A stretch of 46,539 nt of DNA from Rickettsia typhi. GTDB taxonomy: Bacteria > Pseudomonadota > Alphaproteobacteria > Rickettsiales > UBA1997. The stretch spans positions 1 to 46,539 of the forward strand of contig CAMCFD010000002.1 in the NCBI GenBank assembly GCA_945874115.1, written 5' to 3'. Below, piece after piece: positions 17,387 to 26,524 of the stretch (position 1 is its first letter; the number at the start of each line of letters is the position of its first letter). Both the position numbers and the translations under genes were made by a program. The notes under the pieces are model-generated. The model made no database searches, was not told the DNA's origin, and saw only the letters and a list, made by a program, of their open reading frames with translations.

Positions 17387-18118
17387 ATGGAAATAGAATC
17401 TTATCAAGCTGAGTCTCAAATTGAAGAAAGTCATTGGTGGTATAAAGTGCGGCGCAAAATGTTTGCTAGCTATATTAAAAACATTGCTCTTAATAAAGAA
17501 AAATCGAGAATTCTTGATATCGGCTCAAGCTCAGGCACCAATCTTCGAATGTTAAAAGATATGGGCTTTAAAAACTATCAAGGCTTTGACTATAACGAAT
17601 TGTCCCGAAAATTTTGCCAAGAAAAAGGTTTGGGCGATGTTATTATTGGCGATATTTGTACCTCATCTTTGCTAGATAATCAATATGATTTAATTCTTGC
17701 TACAGACGTTATCGAGCACATAAAAAATGACGATTTGGCCCTAAAAGAGATTTATCGTATTTTGAAGCCAAACGGAAAGCTTATAGTTACTGTTCCTTGC
17801 TTTATGGCGCTTTGGGGAGGGCATGATCTGGTCTCGATGCATCACCGACGATATCTATTGAAAAATATAGTCGAAAAGATGAAAAATGTTGAATTTAAAA
17901 TTAATAAAAGCTATTATTTTAACTTCATATTATTTTTGCCGATTTTTCTCTTTAGGAAATTAATAAGAATTTCCAAAAAAGAAGCTAAAAATGAAAGTTC
18001 TATTAATAATGGCTTCTTAAATAAAATTTTTGAAATTATTTTTACAATTGACATTTGTTTAGCAAAGTTTATAAAACCTCCCTTTGGCGTTTCGGCGTTT
18101 ATTTTAGCAACAAAGTAA
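17387..18118 (+). CDS. Class I SAM-dependent methyltransferase with a hydrophobic C-terminal tail
   Basis: 243 aa. ESHWWYKVRRKM N-terminal motif, SAM motif I ILDIGSSSGTN, then LILATDVIEHI and LKPNGKLIVTVP. The C-terminal segment YYFNFILFLPIFLF is hydrophobic. Confidence 0.8.
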   Translation: MEIESYQAESQIEESHWWYKVRRKMFASYIKNIALNKEKSRILDIGSSSGTNLRMLKDMGFKNYQGFDYNELSRKFCQEKGLGDVIIGDICTSSLLDNQYDLILATDVIEHIKNDDLALKEIYRILKPNGKLIVTVPCFMALWGGHDLVSMHHRRYLLKNIVEKMKNVEFKINKSYYFNFILFLPIFLFRKLIRISKKEAKNESSINNGFLNKIFEIIFTIDICLAKFIKPPFGVSAFILATK

Positions 18119-18130
18119 TTAAATATAAAA

Positions 18131-19435
18131 ATGAAAATAGCAGTTATTGGCTTAGGAAAGCTTGGCTCGTGCCACGCCGCAGTTATGTCTTATAAAGGTT
18201 TCGAAGTTATTGGTGCAGATATAAACCAGAAATTTGTTGATGATATTAACGCAGGAATCGCTCCAGTTCAAGAGCCGCGTTTGCAAGAGCTTATTGATGC
18301 TTCAAAATCTCGATTAAAAGCGACTACAGATGTCGCAAAAGCCGTCAGTGAAGCTGATGTAACCTTCGTTATTGTGCCAACCCCAAGTGATGAAAACGGA
18401 ATTTTCTCGATGAAATATGCCAACAAAGCGGCGGAAGCGATTGGCGAGGGCTTGAAAAACAACAAAAAAGATTATCCGGTCGTCGTGATGACAAGCACCG
18501 TGATGCCAGGTGACACCGAGGCTCAATTTGTTGTGGTTTTAGAAAAATTCTCGGGCAAAAAAATTCTGAAAGATTTTGGTGCGTGCTATAGTCCCGAATT
18601 TATTGCTCTTGGAAGCGTCGTGCGCGATATGCTTTGCCCCGATATGATTTTAATTGGTGAATCTGACAAAAAAGCCGGCGATAAAATTCAGGCAATTTAC
18701 GAAAAATCTTGCGAGAAAAAACCATATTTCGCGAGAATGAATTTTGTTAACGCCGAAATCACGAAAATTTCGGTTAACACTTATGTCACGACGAAAATTT
18801 CTTACGCAAACATGTTGATGCAGGTTTGCTCTAAGATCGAAGGCGCTGATATCGATGTTGTTTCAAACGCGATTGGTCAAGACAGCCGCATCGGTGTGAA
18901 ATATTTGAAAGGTGGCTTGGCGTTTGGCGGGCCGTGTTTTCCGCGCGACAATATTGCTTTTGGCAAGCTTGCTAAAAAAGTTGGAGTTGATGCAATTATG
19001 TCAAATGCAACTGACGAAATGAATTCTTCTCACACGAAATTTATTGCCGATTTAATCGAAAGCAATCTAGATGGCAAAAAAAATGTTGCGATTTTGGGTT
19101 TGTCTTATAAGCCAAACACACCTGTGATCGATGTTTCTCCGGGGATTGCGCTTGCTCGCGAATTGCTGAAAAAAGGCCTGAAAGTTTGCGCTTATGATCC
19201 GATGGCGATTGAAAATTCTAAAGCGGTTTTGCCAAATATCGATTATAAAAATAACACCAAAGAATGCTTGAAAGATGCTGATTTGGTGATTATCGCGACT
19301 CCATGGAAAGAATTTATTGACATCGCTCCAAGTGACTTAAAAGATGGTGTTTTAGTGGTTGATTGCTGGCGCGTTCTTGACAAAGAAAAGTGGAGCGGAA
19401 AAAGAAATCTGATCAGAATTGGCGCTGGTTTCTAA
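18131..19435 (+). CDS. UDP-glucose/GDP-mannose dehydrogenase-family nucleotide-sugar dehydrogenase (paralogue 2)
   Basis: 434 aa. MKIAVIGLGKLG, SPEFIALGS, GGPCFPRDN and GLSYKPNTP. It is clearly paralogous to 5194-6549, with shared strings such as TDVAKAV and VIVPTP. Confidence 0.85.
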   Translation: MKIAVIGLGKLGSCHAAVMSYKGFEVIGADINQKFVDDINAGIAPVQEPRLQELIDASKSRLKATTDVAKAVSEADVTFVIVPTPSDENGIFSMKYANKAAEAIGEGLKNNKKDYPVVVMTSTVMPGDTEAQFVVVLEKFSGKKILKDFGACYSPEFIALGSVVRDMLCPDMILIGESDKKAGDKIQAIYEKSCEKKPYFARMNFVNAEITKISVNTYVTTKISYANMLMQVCSKIEGADIDVVSNAIGQDSRIGVKYLKGGLAFGGPCFPRDNIAFGKLAKKVGVDAIMSNATDEMNSSHTKFIADLIESNLDGKKNVAILGLSYKPNTPVIDVSPGIALARELLKKGLKVCAYDPMAIENSKAVLPNIDYKNNTKECLKDADLVIIATPWKEFIDIAPSDLKDGVLVVDCWRVLDKEKWSGKRNLIRIGAGF

Positions 19436-19516
19436 ATCTACAATGTTTTTTGAGATAGAGAATTGGCAAAAATAATGTGCATTTTCCTAAGTTGGCGTCT
19501 GGCTTTTCCAAAAAAC

Positions 19517-19544
19517 TTGCAAAATTTAATAAATATGCTATAAT
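19517..19544 (+). promoter_or_regulatory. Candidate sigma70 promoter with an extended -10, upstream of pseB
   Basis: TTGCAA (19517-19522), a 16-nt spacer, then TGcTATAAT (19536-19544), lying 44 nt upstream of the pseB ATG. A 9-bp inverted repeat AATATCATA/TATGATATT (19542-19564) overlaps the -10 element. Confidence 0.5.
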
Positions 19545-19587
19545 ATCATACAAATTATGATATTTTTATTAAACCTATCGATAAAAA

Positions 19588-20580
19588 ATGATAAACGGAA
19601 AATCTATTCTAGTAACTGGCGGCACCGGTTCTTTTGGTAAAAAGTTCATCTCAACAATATTACAAAATTTTCCTGATATTGAAAGAGTTGTGGTCTTTTC
19701 TCGCGATGAATTTAAGCAGTTTGAAATGTCGAATTTGCCGCAATTTCAGAAACATCAAGACAAATTGCGATATTTTATTGGCGATGTTCGCGATAAAGAA
19801 AGGCTTCTTCGCGCATTTGACGGAATTGATATTGTTATTCACGCTGCCGCTCTAAAACAGGTTCCGGCTTGCGAATATAACCCTTTTGAAGCGGTTAAAA
19901 CTAATATTATTGGTGCACAAAATATAATTGACGCGGCAATTGATCGTGGCGTTAAGAAGGTGGTTGCGCTTTCTACCGACAAGGCTTGCTCGCCAATTAA
20001 TCTTTATGGCGCTACAAAATTATGCTCAGATAAATTATTTATCGCGGGCAATTTTTATGCCGGATCAAAAAACACAAAATTTTGCGTAGTAAGATATGGC
20101 AATGTGGCGGGAAGCCGCGGTTCTGTTATTCCGTTCTTTAAAAAAATAATTGCTGATGGCGCCAAAGAATTGCCAATAACCGATGTTAGAATGACGCGTT
20201 TTTGGCTGAAGCTTGAACAAGCTGTTGAAATGGTGGTTGAGGCCATTGAAACCATGAATGGCGCTGAATTATATGTTAGAAAAATTCCATCAATGAAAAT
20301 AACTGAGCTTGCCAAGGCAATCGCTCCACATTTGCCGATGAAAGAAGTTGGTATAAGGCCGGGTGAAAAAATTCACGAAATGATGATATCAATTGAAGAC
20401 GCTAGAAACACAATTGAGCTTGATAAATATTATATCATAATGCCTGATATGGCTGATTTGAAGGAAAGAATGGTGATTAAAGGAAATCTAGTTGCGCCAG
20501 ATTTTGAATATCATAGCGGCAATAATTCGCAGTGGCTTTCAACTGAACAAATGAAAAATTTGATAAATGAAATTGACTAA
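19588..20580 (+). CDS. pseB: UDP-N-acetylglucosamine 4,6-dehydratase (inverting), PseB/FlaA1 type
   Basis: 330 aa. KSILVTGGTGSFGKKF, VFSRDEFKQFEM, STDKACSPINLYGATKL and RYGNVAGSRGSVIP. It is followed by the rest of the pse genes. Confidence 0.9.
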   Translation: MINGKSILVTGGTGSFGKKFISTILQNFPDIERVVVFSRDEFKQFEMSNLPQFQKHQDKLRYFIGDVRDKERLLRAFDGIDIVIHAAALKQVPACEYNPFEAVKTNIIGAQNIIDAAIDRGVKKVVALSTDKACSPINLYGATKLCSDKLFIAGNFYAGSKNTKFCVVRYGNVAGSRGSVIPFFKKIIADGAKELPITDVRMTRFWLKLEQAVEMVVEAIETMNGAELYVRKIPSMKITELAKAIAPHLPMKEVGIRPGEKIHEMMISIEDARNTIELDKYYIIMPDMADLKERMVIKGNLVAPDFEYHSGNNSQWLSTEQMKNLINEID

Positions 20581-21721
20581 AAAATATAATTACGGCAAGC
20601 AAAATATCAATTTTTGCGATATTTTTGCCGTTTTAAAGGTTTTGCGATCAAATTTCTTAACACAAGGCCCAATAGTTGCCGAATTTGAAAAAGCAATTTG
20701 CAATTATACTGGCGCAAAATATTGTGTGGCGGTGTCTAATGCTACTGCAGGTTTGCACATTGCAATGCTTGCGTTAGAAGTTGCTAAAGGTGATGATGTT
20801 TTAACTTCAACCAACACTTTTTTAGCTTCGGCTAATTGCGCTGTTTATGTTGGCGCCAATCCTATATTTGCCGATATCGACGAAAAAACCGCTTGCATTG
20901 ACGCGGACGAAATATCTAAAAAAATCACAAAAAACACTAAAGTTATAATCCCAGTGCATTTTGCGGGCCAAGTTTGCGATATGGCAAAAATTAAAGAAAT
21001 TGCCAACAAAAATAATGCTTTTATTGTTGAAGATGCGGCGCATGCAATTGGCTCTGAATATAAAGGCGACAAGGTTGGGTCTTGCAAATATAGTGACATG
21101 ACGATTTTTTCTTTTCATCCAGTAAAAAACATGACAACTGGCGAGGGTGGTGCTATTACAACAAACAGCGAAGAAATTTACAAAAAATTATTATTGCTAC
21201 GAAGCCACGGAATGACAAGAGATGCCAGCATTTTAACTAAAAATGATGGCCCTTGGTATTACGAAATGCACAATTATGGTTTTAACTACAGATTAACCGA
21301 TATTCAGGCCGCTCTTGGCATTTCTCAACTGAAAAGAATCGACAAATTTGCCGCAAGAAGGCGTGAAATTGTTGAATTTTATCAAAAAGAATTTGCGGGT
21401 GATGAAAGATTTTCTTTTCTACAAGAAAAAAATTATTCAAAAGCTTGCTTTCATTTATTTCCACTTTTGCTTAATTTTGATAGAGTGAAAATGTCGAAGA
21501 AAGAGGTTTTTGTGAAGTTGCAAGAAAAAGGCTTGAACTTGCAAATTCACTATATTCCCGTGCATTTGCAGCCTTTTTACAAACAGCTTGGTTTTAATGA
21601 AGGTGATTTTTTAAAAGCCGAAAATTATTATAAAAAAACAATTTCTTTGCCGCTTTATTATGGTTTAAAAAATTGCGATTTGAAAAAAATTGTAAAAATA
21701 ATTAAAGATAATGTCGCTTAA
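20567..21721 (+). CDS. pseC: UDP-4-amino-4,6-dideoxy-N-acetyl-beta-L-altrosamine transaminase
   Basis: 384 aa, DegT family. YGKQNI..D..AV.KVLRSNFLTQGPIVAEFE, PLP-Lys context SFHPVKNMTTGEGG and RSHGMTRD. Its position between pseB and pseI supports the call. Confidence 0.85.
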   Translation: MKLTKKYNYGKQNINFCDIFAVLKVLRSNFLTQGPIVAEFEKAICNYTGAKYCVAVSNATAGLHIAMLALEVAKGDDVLTSTNTFLASANCAVYVGANPIFADIDEKTACIDADEISKKITKNTKVIIPVHFAGQVCDMAKIKEIANKNNAFIVEDAAHAIGSEYKGDKVGSCKYSDMTIFSFHPVKNMTTGEGGAITTNSEEIYKKLLLLRSHGMTRDASILTKNDGPWYYEMHNYGFNYRLTDIQAALGISQLKRIDKFAARRREIVEFYQKEFAGDERFSFLQEKNYSKACFHLFPLLLNFDRVKMSKKEVFVKLQEKGLNLQIHYIPVHLQPFYKQLGFNEGDFLKAENYYKKTISLPLYYGLKNCDLKKIVKIIKDNVA

Positions 21722-22181
21722 AATTGAATTGGCAAAATCATCAGATATGCTTGATTTATTTGAGCTGGCAAATGATGATGATGTGCGAAAAAATTCTTTT
21801 AATCAAGAAAAAATCGAGATTGAAAACCATAAAAAATGGTTTTTTGAAAAACTAAATGACAAAAATTGCGTTTTTTATATTGCAAGAATTGGTGGTGAAT
21901 TTGCGGGCAGTGTAAGATTTGATCGGGTGCAAAATGATAGCTGTGTAGCCGCGGTTCAGTTAGTGAAAAAATTTAGAGGAAAAGGCTTCGGGAGTTTGAT
22001 AATTAAAGAGGCTACGACGAGAATAGTTGATCAAAAAAAATATGTTTGTCTGGCTTTTATAAAAAAAGAAAATGAAGGATCGTTTAAATCTTTTTTAAAA
22101 GCGGGATATAGATTAATTGATGAAAATCATGAGAAAAGTGGCTTCAAATGTTATCTTTTAGAATATATTATTACTTTATGA
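21711..22181 (+). CDS. GNAT acetyltransferase in the pseH position of the pse operon
   Basis: 156 aa. It has an acetyl-CoA-binding-like segment VKKFRGKGFGSLIIKE and a HKKWF motif. The assignment as PseH is positional (between pseC and pseI). It diverges from the Campylobacter-type PseH pattern. Confidence 0.6.
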   Translation: MSLKIELAKSSDMLDLFELANDDDVRKNSFNQEKIEIENHKKWFFEKLNDKNCVFYIARIGGEFAGSVRFDRVQNDSCVAAVQLVKKFRGKGFGSLIIKEATTRIVDQKKYVCLAFIKKENEGSFKSFLKAGYRLIDENHEKSGFKCYLLEYIITL

Positions 22182-22219
22182 TTTATTTAATTATAAGTGT
22201 GAATAAAATTTAAATTACG

Positions 22220-23275
22220 ATGGCAAATATTATTAAAATTGGAAATAAAGAAATTGGTGCGGGCAAGCCGTTTGTGATTGCAGAGATGTCTGGCAATCAT
22301 AATCAATCGCTTGAAAAAGCGCTGAAAATTGTTGAAGAGGCGGCAAAATGTGGTGTGGACGCTCTTAAAATCCAGACCTACACCGCAGACACCATGACGC
22401 TTGATTTAAAAGAGGGCGAGTTTTTTATCGCTGACAAAAACAGCTTGTGGGACGGAAATTCGCTTTATGATTTATACAAGAAAGCTTACACGCCGTGGGA
22501 TTGGCACAAGCCGATTTTTGATAAATGTAAAGAGCTTGGAATTATTGGCTTCAGCACGCCTTTTGATGAAACCGCGGTTGATTTTTTAGAAGAATTAAAT
22601 GTGCCTTGCCACAAAATTGCGTCTTTTGAAAACACCGATTTGCCCTTGCTTAAAAAGGTTGCAAAAACTGGCAAGCCAGTAATTATTTCAACTGGAATGG
22701 CCAATGTTTCAGAAATTTATGACATGGTGCAAACCCTTGCAAATAATGGCTGTAAAGATATTATTTTATTAAAATGCACAAGTGAATATCCGGCCCTGCC
22801 AAGTGATGCAAATTTAGCAACTATTGCGCATTTAAAACAACTTTTTCCTAATTGTCAAATTGGCATGTCTGATCACACTATGGGGATTGGCGTGGCTGTA
22901 GCGTCGGTTGCGTTTGGCGCAACTGTGATTGAAAAACATTTTACAATTTCGCGTGCGGAAGGTGGCGTTGATAGCGCGTTTTCAATGGAGCCACACGAAA
23001 TGAAATCGCTTGTGAATGAATCAGCAATTGCGATGCAGGCGATTGGCAAGGTTTATTATGGAATTAGCGAAAAAGAAAAAGCCTCGCTAAAATTTCGCCG
23101 CACACTTTACATTTGCAAAGACATTAAAAAAGGTGAAGTTATAACCAAAGAAAATATGCGAGCAATTCGCCCAGGGCTTGGCCTGTCGCCAAAATATTAC
23201 GATATTGTTCTTGGCAAAAAAATTAACCAAGATTTAAAAAAAGGAACGGCGTTAAAGTGGGAATATATTGAATAA
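22220..23275 (+). CDS. pseI: Pseudaminic acid synthase (NeuB family)
   Basis: 351 aa. PFVIAEMSGNHNQSLEKA, DALKIQTYTADTMT, FSTPFDETAVDFLE, CHKIASFE, KPVIISTGMA, GMSDHT and a C-terminal SAF/antifreeze-like domain. Confidence 0.9.
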   Translation: MANIIKIGNKEIGAGKPFVIAEMSGNHNQSLEKALKIVEEAAKCGVDALKIQTYTADTMTLDLKEGEFFIADKNSLWDGNSLYDLYKKAYTPWDWHKPIFDKCKELGIIGFSTPFDETAVDFLEELNVPCHKIASFENTDLPLLKKVAKTGKPVIISTGMANVSEIYDMVQTLANNGCKDIILLKCTSEYPALPSDANLATIAHLKQLFPNCQIGMSDHTMGIGVAVASVAFGATVIEKHFTISRAEGGVDSAFSMEPHEMKSLVNESAIAMQAIGKVYYGISEKEKASLKFRRTLYICKDIKKGEVITKENMRAIRPGLGLSPKYYDIVLGKKINQDLKKGTALKWEYIE

Positions 23276-23277
23276 AT

Positions 23278-23973
23278 ATGAAAAATTCTGTTGCAATTAT
23301 CACAGCCAGAGGCGGAAGCAAAAGAATTCCTCGTAAAAATATTCGGGAATTTTGCGGTGAGCCAATGATAACTTATCCTATAAAAGCCGCTATTAAAAGT
23401 GGCTTATTTTCAGAGGTTATGGTTTCAACTGATGATGAGGAAATTGCTGAGATTGCGCAAAAAAATGGCGCCCAAGTTCCGTTTTTACGTTCTAAAGAAA
23501 ATTCCGATGATTTTTCAACGACATCTGATGTTCTAAAAGAAGTTTTAGCTGAATATAAAAAAATCGGGAAATCATTTGAACACGCATGTTGTCTATATCC
23601 AACTGCGGTTTTTGCAAATGAAGAAAAATTAAAACAGGCTGCAAAATATTTTATAGAATCAAACGCCGATTCTCTGATTCCGGTGGTTCAGTTTAGTTTT
23701 CCAATTCAGCGAGCTCTTAAAATTGAAGATAATCTTTTGAAGTTTTTTTGGCCAGAAAATGTTGCTAAAAGATCGCAAGATTTAGAAAAATCATTTCATG
23801 ATTCGGGGCAATTTTATTTTTTTAAAACAAATATTTTTGAGCTTAAAAAAGATTTGTTTAATTCAAAGACAATTCCTTTTGAGTTAAAGGAAAGCGAAGT
23901 GCAAGATATTGACAATGAAGAAGATTTTAAAATTGCTGAAATAAAATATAAAATTTTAAATAATTTAAAATGA
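23278..23973 (+). CDS. pseF: Pseudaminic acid cytidylyltransferase (CMP-nonulosonate synthetase family)
   Basis: 231 aa. AIITARGGSKRIPRKNIREFCGEPMITYPI and VMVSTDDEEIAEIA. It lies immediately downstream of pseI. Confidence 0.85.
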   Translation: MKNSVAIITARGGSKRIPRKNIREFCGEPMITYPIKAAIKSGLFSEVMVSTDDEEIAEIAQKNGAQVPFLRSKENSDDFSTTSDVLKEVLAEYKKIGKSFEHACCLYPTAVFANEEKLKQAAKYFIESNADSLIPVVQFSFPIQRALKIEDNLLKFFWPENVAKRSQDLEKSFHDSGQFYFFKTNIFELKKDLFNSKTIPFELKESEVQDIDNEEDFKIAEIKYKILNNLK

Positions 23974-24578
23974 AAGAAATCGCAGTTTTTAACCTAGGCA
24001 TATCAAATTTAACCTCAGTCGTTAATGTTCTTGATTATCTTGACGCAAAATATTATTTAGTTAATAAAGTTGAGGATTTAAAAGATGTAAAAAAAATGAT
24101 TTTGCCAGGTGTCGGAACATTTTCAGCGGGAATGAGTGCATTAGTAAATAAAAACTTTGCCGATGAGATAAGAAAACAGGTTATTGAAAATAAAATTCCC
24201 ATTTTTGGCATATGTTTAGGAATGCAACTTTTATTCGAATCTAGCGAAGAATCTGTCGGGGTAAAAGGACTTGGTTTAATAGAAGGTTCAATTGAAAAAA
24301 TTCCGTTAAGCAGGCATTATAAAATACCAAGAATTGGGTGGGGCGAAAGTGAAGTGAAAAAAGATTTCCTTTCTTTAAAAAAAGGTGCAAAGGTTGATTT
24401 TTATTATGTTCACAGCTATCACGCAAATCCTAAAGATAAAAATGTTGTTGCAATTACTGCGCAAGATGATACTATCGTTTCCGCTGTTAGTATAGAGAAC
24501 ATTTTTGGTTGCCAATTTCATCCTGAAAAAAGTTATATTGACGGAATTGAAATAATGAAGAATTTTATTGAAATTTGA
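23970..24578 (+). CDS. HisH-like glutamine amidotransferase subunit (glycan acetamidino-type paralogue)
   Basis: 202 aa. LPGVGTFSAGM, nucleophile context PIFGICLGMQLLFE and the His/Glu context CQFHPEKS. Its start overlaps the pseF stop in an ATGA arrangement. Confidence 0.85.
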   Translation: MKEIAVFNLGISNLTSVVNVLDYLDAKYYLVNKVEDLKDVKKMILPGVGTFSAGMSALVNKNFADEIRKQVIENKIPIFGICLGMQLLFESSEESVGVKGLGLIEGSIEKIPLSRHYKIPRIGWGESEVKKDFLSLKKGAKVDFYYVHSYHANPKDKNVVAITAQDDTIVSAVSIENIFGCQFHPEKSYIDGIEIMKNFIEI

Positions 24579-24579
24579 T

Positions 24580-25383
24580 ATGAGAAAAAGGGTGATACCT
24601 TGTATTTTTCTGAAAAATGGCCTTATTGTCAGAAGTGAAGCTTTTAAAATTCACCAAGTAATAGGAAATCCCATAGCCGAACTCGCCAGATATAACGAAT
24701 GGGCGGTTGATGAAATAATTTACATCGACATTTCTCTTGATCAAAATTATGATTTTAGAAGGGGGGATCATAAATATCGTGATGACAACGCAAAAGATAA
24801 ATTCTCATTAGTAGCCGAAATCTCAAAATCATGTTTTGTTCCACTCGCATTTGGCGGGGGCATTAGAACCATCGAAGATATAAGAAGAATTCTAGAAAGT
24901 GGCGCTGATAAAGTTGTTCTTAACTCAATTTTATTTTTAGATGATTCTTTTTTAGAGAAAGCGGCAAAAATTTTCGGATCTCAGGCTTTAATCGCCTGTG
25001 TAGATTATATCGACGACTATGTTTTTTATAATCACGCAACCATAAATTCACAATATAAAATTCTTGATTGGTGTAAAAAATTAGAAAGTCAGGGTATTGG
25101 CGAAATTGTTTTAAATTGCGTTAAACGAGACGGCATGGCAAATGGTTATGACATAAAAACAATTGCAAATATAGTTAATTCTATTAACATTCCTTTAATA
25201 GCTCTTGGTGGAGCGGGCGATTATTATGATTTTGTTGAGTGTCTAAAAATTGACAATTTATCAGCGGTTGCAGCGGGAAATATCTTCCATTTTAAGGAGT
25301 TAAGTTATTATCACTCAAAGCAAAGCTTAATAAGAAGCGGAATTGATATTAGGCAAGATTTTCGTTCAATGAATAAAAAATAA
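24580..25383 (+). CDS. HisF-like cyclase/ammonia-channel subunit (glycan acetamidino-type paralogue)
   Basis: RVIPCIFLKNGLIVRS, DEIIYIDIS, FGGGIRTIEDI, ADKVVLNS and LIALGGAG. The ATG at 24580 is 1 nt after the hisH-like stop. The track start at 24568 is a TTG codon. Confidence 0.85.
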   Translation: MRKRVIPCIFLKNGLIVRSEAFKIHQVIGNPIAELARYNEWAVDEIIYIDISLDQNYDFRRGDHKYRDDNAKDKFSLVAEISKSCFVPLAFGGGIRTIEDIRRILESGADKVVLNSILFLDDSFLEKAAKIFGSQALIACVDYIDDYVFYNHATINSQYKILDWCKKLESQGIGEIVLNCVKRDGMANGYDIKTIANIVNSINIPLIALGGAGDYYDFVECLKIDNLSAVAAGNIFHFKELSYYHSKQSLIRSGIDIRQDFRSMNKK

Positions 25384-25384
25384 A

Positions 25385-26524
25385 ATGAAATTAGGTAAGG
25401 TAAAATATTGTAAAAAATGCGTAGTTCCTTCATCTTCAGCAATTCCTATTGAATTCGATGAGAACGGCATTTGCAGCGGCTGCAGAGTTTCTAATCAAAA
25501 ATTTGAAATAGACTGGAATAGAAGAGGAAATCAATTGAAAGATTTGCTTGAGCAATATAGAAGTAAAGATAAATCAAACTATGATTGTATTATTGCGGTA
25601 AGTGGTGGAAAAGACAGCTATTTTCAGGTTCATATGATAAAAAATGTTTACAAAATGAACCCGCTATTAGTAACTTATAACGCTAATAATTGGACTGAGG
25701 CTGGATATAGAAACTTGCACAGAATGCGCGATGTATTTAATTGTGATCACATATTTTTTACACCGGGAGTTGATCTGCTGAAGAGACTAAATAGACTTTG
25801 TTTTCGCAAGATGGGCGACATGAACTGGCATGGTCATTGCGGAATATTTACTTACCCTTTTATTGCTTCGATAAAATATAATGTTCCACTTGTTTTTTAT
25901 GGCGAACACGGATTTATGGATTTAGGCGGAATGCACTCCTACAATGATTATGTTGAGCACACATATCGTTATCGCCACGAACACTCTCTTCGCGGCTATG
26001 AGTGGAGTGATATGCTTGATGACGAACAAGATAAAATCGACGCTTCCGAGTTAATCTGGGCGAGATATCCTAGCGATGATGAAATAAAAAGAGTTGGAAT
26101 GCGTGGGATTTTTATTTCTAATTATGTGCAATGGCTTCCAAATGAGCATTCAAAAATGGTTATTGAAAAATATGGTTTTGAAGTTCCCGAAGAGAAATTC
26201 GACAGAACTTACAGACAAGCATCAAACTTGGACGATATGCACGAAAACGGAGTTCATGATTACTTAAAATATATTAAGTTTGGTTATGGAAGATGCACAG
26301 ATCATGTTTGTAAAGATATCCGCGATGGCAAAATTACTCGCGAAGAAGGAATTGAATTGGTGAAGCAATACGATCATATCAAGCCAAGCGATCTAAAAAG
26401 ATGGCTTGAATATGTTAATATGAGTGAAGATGAGTTCGACAAAATTGCTGATGGCTTTCGCGACAAAAGAGTTTGGGAAAAGGCCGCCGATGGATCTTGG
26501 ATTAAAGACAATATCTGGGATTAA
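25385..26524 (+). CDS. N-acetyl sugar amidotransferase (WbpG/PseA-type PP-loop enzyme)
   Basis: 379 aa. N-terminal zinc-ribbon CKKC...CSGC and PP-loop AVSGGKDS. It follows the HisH-like and HisF-like pair, as in known acetamidino-forming trios. Confidence 0.8.
   Translation: MKLGKVKYCKKCVVPSSSAIPIEFDENGICSGCRVSNQKFEIDWNRRGNQLKDLLEQYRSKDKSNYDCIIAVSGGKDSYFQVHMIKNVYKMNPLLVTYNANNWTEAGYRNLHRMRDVFNCDHIFFTPGVDLLKRLNRLCFRKMGDMNWHGHCGIFTYPFIASIKYNVPLVFYGEHGFMDLGGMHSYNDYVEHTYRYRHEHSLRGYEWSDMLDDEQDKIDASELIWARYPSDDEIKRVGMRGIFISNYVQWLPNEHSKMVIEKYGFEVPEEKFDRTYRQASNLDDMHENGVHDYLKYIKFGYGRCTDHVCKDIRDGKITREEGIELVKQYDHIKPSDLKRWLEYVNMSEDEFDKIADGFRDKRVWEKAADGSWIKDNIWD

Noticed and set aside
23970-25383. hisH and hisF as histidine-biosynthesis genes.
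   Set aside because: They are embedded between pseF and a WbpG/PseA-type amidotransferase, with overlapping stops and starts, and no other his genes are nearby. The known glycan acetamidino trio explains them better. Whether housekeeping copies exist elsewhere must be checked.
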